From Leptogorgia sarmentosa (lineage: Eukaryota): a stretch of 64,000 nt of DNA. The notes under the pieces were generated by a model that was not told where the DNA came from, made no database searches, and saw only the letters and a list, made by a program, of their open reading frames with translations. The stretch spans positions 15,314,001 through 15,378,000 of the forward strand of contig OZ210885.1 in assembly GCA_964658305.1 (NCBI GenBank), given 5' to 3'. Below, one piece after another: positions 9,837-21,813 of the stretch; position 1 is the stretch's first letter, and every line of letters begins with the position of its first letter. Made by a program: the position numbers and the translations under genes.

Positions 9837-12800
9837 TTTAAAAGCAATTTTTAACAAGCAGCAAAGGTTCTACTCAGATTCGGCATTCCAAGCAAAGGCC
9901 CTTCTCCCGGAGTTATTCTCACTCTCTAAATTACTTGACCTGTCTGTATTGTTAACAGTACACAGGTTGTGAAGAGATCCTTTGCTGCTTGTTGATGGTG
10001 ATGATTTACATTGAGATGTTCAATAACGTATGCACATGATTAAATATCATCATGAACTATAGCAAGCGTAAAAATCTGTCCGCTATTAGTCCCGTTTGCA
10101 TGGCACCAAACAAATTTTTGTTGGGAAGAAAAGTTTGACATGTATCGTTCGTTTCGTTTGAATGCTACCACCCGAAAATTGTGTAGCAGAATTTCAAAGT
10201 TTCTCAGAACAGAATTTCAACAGATGATCAACTTGTCCCAATAGGAGATTTCGTTTGACGGCAAAGGCAAACAAATTATCTGGTCTCATGTAAGGGGGGG
10301 ACACACAAAACCTGTATCATTTATATACAACTAGAGTAATCAAAAGATAAGTGGAATGATACAATCATGTTCAGCCACACTCCACTGTCACTAGAGAAAA
10401 GGCCTACAAAATGAAGAAACAATGTACCTTTCTTCGTCTTCTTTATTTTTGACCATTGCAAGAGAGCAATGCGTTGAAATCCTTTGGATTGGTAAGAATC
10501 TAGAAGGTCCTCCAGGTAAGGTGCAATTCTTCTTCACTACCATTAGTGGATTAAGTCCGTTATAGATGGTGTCTTCTGAGTTCGTGTACCAGGTGACACA
10601 AGCGAAGCAATATTTCTTGTATTCTCCATCCAACAACAGGGAATGCATGAAATAAAAGTCAACCGATCCAAAAGCCATGCTCACCGTCTTTTCATTAATT
10701 TGTCCATCATTTTGGGGCCAAGACGCAAGAACTCCAGACATTTTTTGACTTCTGTACTCTTTCTTGGAGCCATATTGCACGCCAAATATATTTAAATTGG
10801 TGTACATTTTGATGATTCTGCTAAGATGAGAGGATAATATATTGGCCTTCGGAAACATTATTTTATAAACTTGCATAAGGATATTCAGATCGTCGTTGTC
10901 AAAGCTTTGTTCTTTGTACTTTGTAGGTAGGCTTACTGCTGAAATGTTATCCCAGTTATTGTTAGAAAGAGGCAACGTCGTATCCATTTTGAAATATTCT
11001 AAATGTGTACGAGTGTTGCTTTTGCTAGGCTCTTCTGACCGATGTTTCATTTTCACCAGGTAGATCAATAGAATTTAAAGCTTGTGAAATATTAAGCTTT
11101 CGCATAAGCTGTAACTCTACTGACCGATTGTTCGTAGGCATATTTCCCAGAATACCATTATATCGTTCAAAACTAAAACACCAAAAACTATGTATGGGAC
11201 CTAAATCCAAAATACACTCTTTCAAATGACAATGGAGATGCATATTTGGTGTAACAGCTTTCTGACCATACAGGGATTGGAATTCCCTGCAAAATTTAAG
11301 TAATAGTCCGTCGGCCTTGATAATATCTGCTTCTGTTAATACAGCCTTGCACATGTACCTACATCCTAGAACGAACGATTGCCGCCAGCATTTCAAGTGT
11401 CTCTCTTCGATAATTCCTTTCAAGGAGAAGAGGGAGTATAAGTTCGTCCAGTTCTTCCACTGTTCAGCAGTGTATGACCCAAAGTTAGACGATATCTTTT
11501 TCGGTAGTCTACCAATATGCGATGGAACCTCCATTACTTCTATACGGGCTTCGATCTGTTGTAACTGCTTAGAAGTAAGGTGATCCTCTGCAACCCAATA
11601 CTTAAACACATACTTCGCAGTCCCGAGAAACAAATTATGCATTGGATCGATTGCACAAAAGCGAATAATGTCAAAGTACTCCAAATCTAAAAGACACGAA
11701 TAAAAGTTTATTCCATACTTTTTTGAAATCTTCGCAGCTTTGGTTTTTGTTTTACACCGTTTGATTTTCTTTGCTACTCTTCTGTGATTATCGTTTGTAC
11801 GCATCTGCCACTGGTTGCGATTGAAACCTGAATAGTCTCGCTTTTCCCCAAATGCACCTGGGATTTTTTTACAACATTTCGAAAAAACCCACCTCAGCGC
11901 TGTGACTTTTCATGCCGCAAAGTTTTCGGGATGCTGGTATGTCAGATGACGTGCAAATTAATGCTGCTCGAAACTTCAGTGGTATGGTACAAAGACTATT
12001 CTTCAAGTGCAATCCATTCCACAACCCTTGGAATTCAGAGATGGCAGGCTTCAGAAATTCATTTAACAACTTGGGCTCTTTTTCCATATTGGGAATAATG
12101 CGAATAACAATAACATTTTCCCATTTGAAACGTTCAGACCTCGGTAAGTTAAGTAAGACCAAATACAAAACTCCAACAGAATAGTCTTTCCGGTGTTTCA
12201 TAGGTTGAAAAAAATCAAAATTCAACATTAGTCCATAATTCCTTGGAGCATTTAAAAAATCTTTACCGTCAATTTCCATAAAATCTTTCCACAATTTTCC
12301 ATCATAGACATGTGTCATGCAGTCACCATTTTTCACAGCTTTCAGGCACTCCTTTTCTCTTTAGAATTTCTTCAAGAGGGTTAATAACACCATTGTAGCA
12401 ATAGTACATAATTGGATAAAACTTTATCTGGTTATCCTTTAAAACAACCTTTTTTACCAGCTTGGCATTGCATCGCACTGACTTTCTTCTTGCAAATGAC
12501 AGACTTGAACACAATTTAGCCACTGTCCTTCCATGAACCTTCTTCAAGCACTCATTGTAATGGTAGCATTTGGTACATTTGGGACAAACCACATATTTTG
12601 TAAAGTTATCTCTGTCCACACTAAGGTATTTTCTAGCCATATAAAGAGAGCAAGGAAATACAGCCACAAGTTCGGCAAAAACTTCATTTGGAATGTGGAC
12701 ATTTATTGCTTCTAGAAAATAGAATATCATCTGCAGCAGCCATATTAGGCCATTATCACTAAGGTGTGTTATGCTTTGCCAGATTAAGAGACAATATAAA

Positions 12801-13250
12801 AACCATTGCAGAAGTGAATGCACCATGTTCAATTTTCTTTGTTTTGGAGCTGGTTCAGATATTGGTGGTGCAGATAAAATATCTTCATCAAGAAGATCAG
12901 AAGACGTCTCGTCCCAAAACTCACTACCATCACTTTCAGTTTCTGTTTCACCTGAAGTTTCAGTATATTCACTCTTGTCAACATCACTTTCTACACCGGC
13001 CACATCACTATCCGGATTCTAAAAAATGCAGATATAAAACAAAAATATGTTCAGCACTAACTACAACTATTTTTACATGTTAACTTAATTCATTTCATTA
13101 TTCAATATTAGATATAATATACAATATTCTGTACAATAATGCTGTGACAGCTGATCAACATATATAGTTAGATGAATACATGTAACATAAGGTAAGATGG
13201 CATGCACTGTACACAGGAATGACAATCAAATAGAGTACTATATTACAAAT

Positions 13251-13500
13251 TGTTCTGATCCTTCGTGCCTCGTGGTCCAGAGCCCCTTCATCAGCCTTGT
13301 AACCAGGCGACACATAGGTTTTAAGATGTTTTATTTAGTGAGTCGCGAGGTGAGAAAACTAGTGCTCTTACAAGAATACAAAAAAACAACGAGTCCGCAA
13401 ACGCCACTGTCTTTCCCCCCCCCCCCCTGTCCGTGCGCGAATAGCCAATGAGGGTTGGAGAAGCGTTTGAAGCGCGGGAAACCGCACGTGGGACAGAACA
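13251..13500 (-). repeat. BEL 3' LTR
   Basis: TGTTCTG...CAGAACA; direct repeat of 19825-20078 with about 8 substitutions and a few indels. Confidence 0.95.
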
Positions 13501-13589
13501 CTCCCCGCCTGGTAATACATTACCACTACAATATAACGTAACAAATAAGAATGAATCAATAACATGTTCGCTGGATACTTAATGTTCCT

Positions 13590-16500
13590 TGTTCAGTTCG
13601 TCTGCAGACAGGATGAGCATGAATTCGGTAACGGGCCGGTTGTAGTGCCGTTTCGACCATTCTCTCGCCATTGTCACTTCGATCTTCCTCACTTTACCGT
13701 CTTCGCCTGGGAATACCTTTGTGACCAGCCCAGTTGGCCATTCGTTCCTTACGATCTCTTTGTCTTTCAGAAGAACCAGGTCCCCTTCTCGCAGGTTTGG
13801 TTGGTCTTGCGTCCACTTCCGTCTCGCCTGAAGTAAAGGGAGGAATTATCTTTTCCATCGGGCCCAGAAAACGTTGGCCAGGTACTGCACCTGTCTCCAC
13901 TGGGCTGTGTAGAGGTCCTTTGCTGTGAACTTTCCTGGTGGTGGTGGTAAGGGTGAAGGTTTCTGTGTCAGGATCATGGAGGGGCTTAGTATCTTTGGAG
14001 CTTCGGGGTTGGTGGATACCGGAACGAGGGGTCTGCTGTTCATTATGGCCGAGACCTCTGCCATCAAGGTGGTAAGAACTTCGTGAGTTAGTTCCTTTGT
14101 AGGCAATTCGTGAAGCATGGTGTCCAAGACTTTCCGTGCCATCCCAATCATCCACTCCCAGATGCCTCCCATGTGTGATGCGTGCAGAGGGTTGAATACC
14201 CATTTGCATTCTTGTCGCGCCAGGTACGAGGTGATCTGGTCGTTCTTCATCTCCTGCAGCGCCGCTGCTAGCTCTGTCTGAGCTCCTATGAAGTTTGTTC
14301 CACAGTCGGAGCGAAACTGTGCCGCGGGCCCCCTAAGGGCGAGGAATCGGCGGAGGGCGTTGAGAAAGCTGGACGTATCCATCGCTTCGATGATCTCGAT
14401 GTGGACCGCTCTAACGGTCAGGCAAGTAAATATAACAGCCCAACGCTTGCTCCTGGCGGACCCTCCCCTTGTGCGTCTTGTGGCGACTTGCCAGGGCCCG
14501 AAAACGTCCAGACCGACGTAGGTAAACGGTGGGCTCGGGGTAAGGCGTTCTCTCGGCAAGTCTCTTGGCATGCAAGCCTTCCTCTAAGCTTCCTACAAGG
14601 AACGCATTCGTGGATGATTGTGTTGGTCAGGCGTTTTTCCCCAATAATCCAATAGCCAGTGGCGTGTATACGGCCGTGAGTAAAATGCCGGCCTTGGTGT
14701 TTAATCTGCTGGTGGTGATATCTAACGAGGAGGGTGGCAACGTGGTGTGATCCTGGCAGGATAACAGGGTGCCGCTCTTTGTCGGTCAGATCGGCTCGGC
14801 TCAACCGTCCCCCAACACGTACGAGACCATTCTCGTCGACTATCGGGTTGAGCTTGGCAAGGGGTGACCCCTCTTTTCGTTTGGTGATCAGCTCTATCTC
14901 GTCAACGAAGGCCCCGTGCTGAACGCTTCTGATGATCAGATTTTCTGCTCGTTTTCTTAGGGCCGCGGCTCCCCCTGGTCTATCGGATTTGTCATCCTCG
15001 GGGTTGGTCGCGACCGAGTCCTTGAGATGCTTAAGGGACTGCGCTTTCGATATTAACGCTGCGAACCCGGCGATTAGGTTTGGCCACTGCGAAAAGCGGG
15101 TAAAACGACTACTTTCGACAACAAAATTCGTTGACTTCTCGGTTGCGAAGGCCCTTACCGACGGGCGAACTTCGGGGTCTTCTTCCGTCACTTCCGTGGG
15201 CTCGCTGGCATCGGTAGTCTCCGGCTCCCTGCTGCTGCGTAGGAAATCTGGTCCTGTCAGCCAATGGCTGGTCGTCAGGCTGCTTGCTTTGACCGACCGC
15301 GTTGCGCAGTCGGCCGGGTTGAGGTGAGTAGGAACGTACCGCCAGTCTTCCGGGGACGTTGATCTTCGTATTATTTCCACCCGGTTGCTCACATATACGT
15401 AGAACCTTCTCGTTTGGTTTCTTATGTATCCCAACACGACTTTACTATCTGAATGGTAGATGACTGGGCATGGGGGGAAGACCGTTTCCCTTCGAACGAG
15501 TTCTGAGATCTCCATGGCGAGGACGGCCGCACATAACTCTAGACGTGGCATTGAAGTGGCGTGGATGGGTGCTAGCTTCGCTTTCCCGAGGACAAACGAT
15601 ACGGTTGTGGTCCCATTGGTGTCGACGGACTTTAGGTAGCACACTGCTGCGATTCCGAGTTCAGAAGCATCGCAGAACACATGTAGCTCAATGAGGACGG
15701 CCGTGTCCAAAGGTACAGTCGTATAACACCGTGGGACGGCGACTCCTTGTAGGGTCGACAGTGATGTGCACCACTCCGCCCAAGGTTGGTAAAGTTCATT
15801 TGGAAGTGGTCGGTCCCATTCTCCAGGGTGGTTACCCTTCAAGTGACAGGTCATTTGCCGGAGAAGCATCTTCCCTTTGATGACTACGGGTGCTGCTATG
15901 CCAAGAGGGTCGAAAAGGCTGTTTACAACGGACAACACTCCTCGTCTGGTGAAGGGTTTTGTCTCTTCTGATACTGTGAAGCCGAGCGTGTCCAGCTTTA
16001 GTTCCCAATGGACTCCTAGTGAACGTTGGATGTGTTTTGTGCTCTCGTTGAGGTCGAGGTTGTGGCTGTCGGTAGCGCAATCGCTACTTGGGAAGGCTTC
16101 TGTGACTTTGGGGTCGTTTGACGCAATCTTGTGCAGACGTAGGTTTGCCGTTGCGAGCATCGATTGAGTTCTTTTGAGCAGGTCGATGGACTCCTCTGGT
16201 CCTGGGAGGGATTTGAAGCCGTTGTCGACGTAGAAGTCCTTCTCAATGAACTCTCGGGCATCGGAGCCAAATTGGGTTTCGGCTTCTCGTGCAGTTTTCC
16301 TCAGGCAGAACGTGGCTACCGCTGGCGAGGATGTATTGCCAAACAGATGAACGTTCATCCTGTACTCGACGATCTCCCCGTCCGGATTGTTTCCCTCGTA
16401 CCACAGGAAACGCAGGAAATCACGATGCTCAGGCTCGACGTGGAAGGCGTGAAACATTTGTTCTATGTCTGCGACGAACGCTGTGACGTGCCGACGGAAA

Positions 16501-19500
16501 CGCATCAGCACTCCAAGCAAGCTGTTGACAAGGTCCGGGCCAGAGAGGAGCAGTTTGTTGAGTGAGATGTCTTCCACCTCTGACGCTGAGTCGAACACTA
16601 CGCGTATCTTGCTGGGTTTTTGTGGATGATAGGTACCGAAGTGGGGCAGGTACCATTTTGGCTTTGACGTGTGTATTTCGTTTCCGGGTACTCGCTCCGC
16701 GTGACCGTTGTCTAGTATTTTCTGCATGAACGAAAAGTAGTGGTCCTTCATCTTGGGCTTACGATCGAGGGATTTTCTCGTGGCTTTGAGTCGTTTGCGC
16801 GCCTCGTTATAGCTTTCTGGCAACCGAATGACCTGGCTTCGCAGGGGCAGTGGTGCAGTCCAGTTTCCGTATTCGTTCTTTCTGACCGTGGCATTCATCA
16901 TGTCAATGAAGGTTCGATCTTCTACTGATAGCCCCGGCCTATTGTCCGATTCGGTGCGTCGGAAAACGTCGGCGCCGAGGCCGTCCTTGTATCAGCCGAG
17001 CACGAAGTGTTCCTGGCTTCCTGTTGTTTCGCGGCCACGATTCGGTTCCTGTGAGGCTTTTACTTCAAACTTGTTGGGGCAGGGTTTGAAGATCGATGTT
17101 GGTGCCACGCTCGTGTTGAAGGTGGAAGGGGTAGTGGGTTGGTGCACGCCGTCCAGGCAGACATTGCCTAGAACGACCCAACCGAGGTCCAGTCGTTGCG
17201 CCCAAGGCATGTTACCTCTCCCATTTTTGGACTCTCTAGGAGGAGTATGCTGGCGTTGTCATCGATCTCGGGGATGTGCTTGGCAATCGGTCGCAGGTGC
17301 GGGTGGGCTTTGGCGATGTCTGGCGTAGGGATTTCGTTTTTATTATCTGGGATGGCGGTGCACTCTATCACAGAGGGGAGTGAGTAGCGTCTTGACCCGT
17401 CTGCTGTCTCGATGAATAGGTCGGTGGCGTGCCATCCTTGGGTGAGTTTAGTGCCTGCGCACGTTTTCAATGTGTAGGGGTGTTGCGCTCCGTTTTTCCC
17501 GAGGAGATCGAACAGTTCCGGTTTGGCTAAAGTGCAGTTGCTTTGATTGTCGATTGCGGTGTACACCCTTATCTTTTTCTCTGGATTTTCTTCACTGAAG
17601 ACGTTGGCGAGGCATATCTTAGAGCAAGATCGCCCTCCGGGTTTGCCAGCGCAAATCTCGGTGCAGGAAGTAGCTACTTTATTGGGTGGTGCCGATCGTT
17701 CCTGCCCTCCCCGCCATGGTCGGTCGGGGGGTCCGAGGGTTTCGTGGCATGGTCTACGTGCAAAGCCGCAAGGTGTTTGGCGCTGCCGCACTCGGAGCAC
17801 TTCACAGGGAATTTGCAGTCCTTGGCCATATGGGAGATCAACGCAAGGCAACGGAAACAAAGGCGGTATTTTCTTACGAGACTTTTCCGTTCCTCTATCG
17901 ACTTCGCGCGGAAGACACGGCACGATGTGACGGGATGTGGTTTTCCATGCAAGATACATCTGTTGGGGTTGTATTGGTCCTTTTTGCCTGGAAAGCTGCT
18001 ATCGTGGTCATCGTCCTGTAATTCGGTTAGGAAGGTCTGCCTTGGGGGCCTACTGCGAGAGGGTGGGGCGTCTTCGTTTGTGGGTCGTTCGATCAGGAGG
18101 TTGGGGTCGTTCCTCTCCAAGGACACGTCTTGCACGAACTTGGAGAACTCGGAGAATTGCGGGTAGTCCGTATGTTTTTCGTTTCTGTATCTGAAGGCGT
18201 GTCTTTGCCACCGGCCTTGGACGTCGTTAGGAAGCTTTGCTATTATCGGTCTGAGGAAGATTGGTTCGTCGAGTATTCTGAGTGCTTTCAGTTGACCATC
18301 GTCTTTAGCGCACTGCAGGCTGAGTAGGAGGTCCCCGAGCTCCTGTAGTTTTTTGCTGTCCCGGTAGCCGACTTTCAGCACGACGTCGGACCCAAATCTT
18401 TCCCCTAACTTTCTCCAAATTTCCTCCACTCCTTTGGCTGGGTTTTGGATATAGGCATTGCGGCGCTTCTGGACGAGCTTCCTCGACTCTTTGCTGGTAT
18501 ATTCGGTCAAAAGGGAGAGCTCTTCTTGAGGGGTGATATCTATGTCCTTCAGCATGGTTTTGAAGGACGTTTTCCAGGTGTGGAAGTTTTCGGGGTCGTC
18601 GTCGAACTTCTTGATCTTTTTGGTTATGACTTCTCTTCGTGCCATGAATTCTAGGCAGGATTTCATGACGTTTGGGTCGGATCCGGTTGGAGCTGGGCTA
18701 TTCGTGGGTACGAAGGGTTTGGCCGTTGGGCTCGGAAAAGGTGGTGTTCATTGGGGGTTCCCTGTGGGTTCTGGGTCGTTAGTTGGTGGCTGCTGGCACT
18801 GCCCTTCGATGAACTGCTGCACTCGCGTTTGGGGGTTGTCTACGGGTAGGTCTATAGGGTTTTGTTCATGACCGACGTCGAACCCGAATTCTTCGTCTAG
18901 GGCTTCTGCCCTGGCAACCGCAATAGCTGCCTCGTCTTCCAGGCGCAATGCTTCTAGACGGGCTTGTTCTTCTAATTTATGTTTCGCCAGGGCAAGTTCT
19001 TCACGTTGGATATCCAGGGCTGACTGCGACTCGGCGACGGAGCGCCTTTTATGCCTTTCAGCCTTCTTCAGTGCGGCGGCTGCTTCGGCGCGGGCTTTTG
19101 CCTGCAAAGTTGTCGAAGACGTTGATGAGGCGCGGGACCCTGACCCGGAGTGTATGGATTTCGTCTCTAACATGACTTCCTGTTTGCGTTGATTACCCTG
19201 TTCGATATTCTCCGAAACGAATTGTTTATTGTTCCGTGCTAGTATGTCCAATTTACTCAACTCTTCATGCATTCTCGTGTACCGACGTGGGTGAGAAAGT
19301 TTGCAAATGAATGATGTAGACCTTCGTAGGCCTTATAATCCGTATGTACCTGTGCTATTGCCTTGGTGATTTCGTCGGTCAGGCTGGGGGCATTTTGGAG
19401 CGTGGCAACGGCCCTTCTTACTTTAGTCCACGCTTTCTCAAGTTTAGAATGTTCAACATGACAAGTGTTTTCGATTGACTTCTCGGAGGGTTTTGCGTTT

Positions 19501-19664
19501 CTTCGTGGTCTGTCGCTTGTTGAGGCGGTTTCGATTCCGTTCACGCCCCCCCCGGCTTCGACTTCAGGTTCGATTACAGTGTTCTCGTCGTATACAGAGC
19601 TGTACGCTACGTTTTGTCTATTTTCGCTGGTTGCTATCGCGTTATCGAGTGGGTTGTCGCTCAC
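13590..19664 (-). pseudogene. BEL/Pao gag-pol (zinc knuckles, protease, RT, RNase H, integrase), fragmented by stops and frameshifts
   Basis: CFRCL...HMAKDC...CSECGSAKHLAALH; WYLPHF, KIRVVFDS, DIEQMF, FGNTSSP; YVDN (catalytic YVDD mutated); ELHVFCDAS, PRLELCAA, NPADCATR; GLDVFGP, SDCGTNF. Confidence 0.92.
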
Positions 19665-19824
19665 CTGTTCTTCCCCCCGAAAGACTATTCGTCACTGTGA
19701 GGTCTTTATCCGCTGCGCTTCTTTCCATGTCGAAAGACATCCCCAAATTTGACCAGATTAAATGACGATCGAAACCCGTTGAATATCGCGATTATTTCGC
19801 TGTATTTCTGAGTAGTTTTCTCAC

Positions 19825-20078
19825 AGTTCTGATCCTTTGAGGCTCGTGCCTCGTGGTCTAGAGCCCCTTCATCAGCCGTGTAACCAGGCGACACATAGGT
19901 TTTAAGATGTTTTATTTAGTGAGTCGCGAGGTGAGAAAACTAGTGCTCTTACAGAATACAAAAAAACAACGAGTCCGCAAACGCCACTGTCTTTCCCTCC
20001 CCCCCTGTCCACGTGTGAATAGCCAATGAGGGTTGGAGAAGCGTTTGAAGCGCGGTAAACCGCACGTGGGACAGAACA
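19825..20078 (-). repeat. BEL 5' LTR
   Basis: Copy of 13251-13500. On the - strand it ends ...CAGAACT and is followed directly by GTGAGAAAACTA rather than a TGG tRNA primer site. Confidence 0.95.
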
Positions 20079-21480
20079 CAAATAATATATTAATTCCATC
20101 AATATGTAAAATCTATTAATGCTCAAGATTGTCCTTTTTTGTCTACCTTAATATGATAACAAAGTATTTCCTTGTTGGATACAAAGTAGGATCATTTTAA
20201 AAATTTCATAATTTTGTGAGGTTATGGTACAGTATGTAATAATTATGCTTTTATCGCACACACTGGTGACAAATAATTATTTTGATATCCCATATTCATA
20301 ATGGAAGTCTTTACCATGATGTTGTAAAAAAGTTTCATGTAACAGTTGTGTGTCTGTGAGAGTGTAACAACATCATATCAACAATCATAACAGACTTGCA
20401 CTACTGATGTTGATTTCAATTTGTGAAATATGTTCATAGTTCATATCATGGACAGGACTCATTATTCTGGCTAACATCATTTTCCCTATTACTCCCTCCC
20501 CCGCTACAAAATTATGGTGATGACCTGGCCATCTCGGTGCAGAGCCTATGTAATGAGACAATGCTGATAAATCAAACAAATTTCCAACCCTCATTTCATT
20601 AATTAACTGTAAATCCTCAGAATTATGTCACACCAACTGCAGAATATAATATTTATCAGATTTTTATGCAGACATTAAATATGTCAAGCAAATACTTATG
20701 TGTCCAGTGTAGATAGCAGATAACATCAACAATTAAGCAACAAGGTTATAAACAAATTTGACATTTCGAGCAAAGGCCAGGCCTCTCTTTGGGAATCCAG
20801 ACTCAAAATGTAAAATCTTTGATGAGTAGAACCTTTGGTGCTTTTTGATGCTAGCACTTTATCAACCTTACATAAATATTCTACAGAAATTATCCAAAAG
20901 AGCTTAATTATGTAATCATATAAACTAATTATTAAAATCTGTGAAACAAACCTTCATGTCGTCTAATTTTCCTTCCTCTTCAGTTGAGTCCAAATTGTTC
21001 ACATTGCCAACAGACAGAATCTCCTCGTCTGAAAGCGCAAATTACTGTAAGTTAATTTGTCAAATAATGATATATATCCATTATCAACTATATTCTATAC
21101 ACTAAAAGCAAATTTGGTGAAGAATAAAAAAGAACTAAAATTAAGTAAAAAAGAACTTAAGTTAACCTTGACTTCCTTCTCTTTCGATTGATACTTCGCT
21201 CTCTGAATCTGAAGATGACACAACAACACGTTTTCGTCCATTGTTTGGTAGCGTCTTTGAATATAATATTTGATGCCTCCGAAATGTTGATTCAGACACA
21301 TTTTCATTACAATGCGCACAAAACAAATAGCCAGTTGTTGGGTTTGGATTAACAGACATTTTTAAAAGCGTGGAAAGTTTAGTGTAAGTAACCAGTGCAT
21401 CAACTCCGGAAAGCAGTAAATTCACGCCAAAAGCGTGAACTGTCGATTCGCGAAGACGGAACAAATGTTTTGAAGATGCT

Positions 21481-21813
21481 TTGATAAAATGGCAAGAATA
21501 CGGCAACGATATCATCGAGAGAAAACCTCCGAACTTTCTTCAGTTAAGAAACAAGACTCGGAAAGGAACTTGGATTCACGCTGGGGGCAAAGGAGGCGAG
21601 AAAGTGGACGAGGTTGATGGGAAAAGCCGAGAATTAGCGAAAGAAAAAGAGAGACTTTACCAGAAGCATGTGGAGGAACTCGCTGGACGCTTGATGAACA
21701 GTCTTCGCGAATTTGAAGAAATGCATGAACGCTCGGAAAGGATTGAGCTCACATTAAAACAACTAAAGGAAAATGCTATGGATAATTTGCAAGGCGAACA
21801 GAATCGTTTATAA
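21481..21813 (+). CDS. Short charged coiled-coil ORF divergent from the CACTA transposase start; function unknown
   Basis: 110-codon open frame rich in E/K/R/L; no in-frame ATG at its 5' end; no recognisable domain. Confidence 0.25.
   Translation: MIKWQEYGNDIIERKPPNFLQLRNKTRKGTWIHAGGKGGEKVDEVDGKSRELAKEKERLYQKHVEELAGRLMNSLREFEEMHERSERIELTLKQLKENAMDNLQGEQNRL

Larger units (their letters stand above)
13251..20078 (-). mobile_element. Full-length but defective BEL/Pao LTR retrotransposon inserted in the CACTA transposase intron
   Basis: Two ~250-bp LTRs; 5-bp TSD CAAAT (13246-50 and 20079-83); polypurine tract (- strand ggcggggag) abutting 13500; BEL-type gag-pol. Confidence 0.95.
10391..21359 (-). 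pseudogene. CACTA/EnSpm (Transposase_21-like) transposase, disrupted; predicted exons 21359-21167, 21028-20952, 13018-10391
   Basis: N-terminal CAHC...STFRRH finger; YVVCPKC; HVYDGKLW; LNFDFFQP; LNLPRSERFKWEN; SDIPASRKLCG; IDPMHNLFLG; PNMHLHCHL...FWCFSFERYNG. Splice phases are consistent. Frameshifts or stops occur near 12325, 11870 and 11050. Confidence 0.88.

Noticed and set aside
10087..10300. Possible degenerate Harbinger-type MITE between the kinase and the CACTA transposase
   Set aside because: The inverted ends match only loosely and no TSD is recoverable.
14288..19765. Many + strand ORFs over the BEL element, and similar ones over the Gypsy and Penelope elements
   Set aside because: They are antisense shadow frames of GC-richer retroelement coding sequence with no domains.
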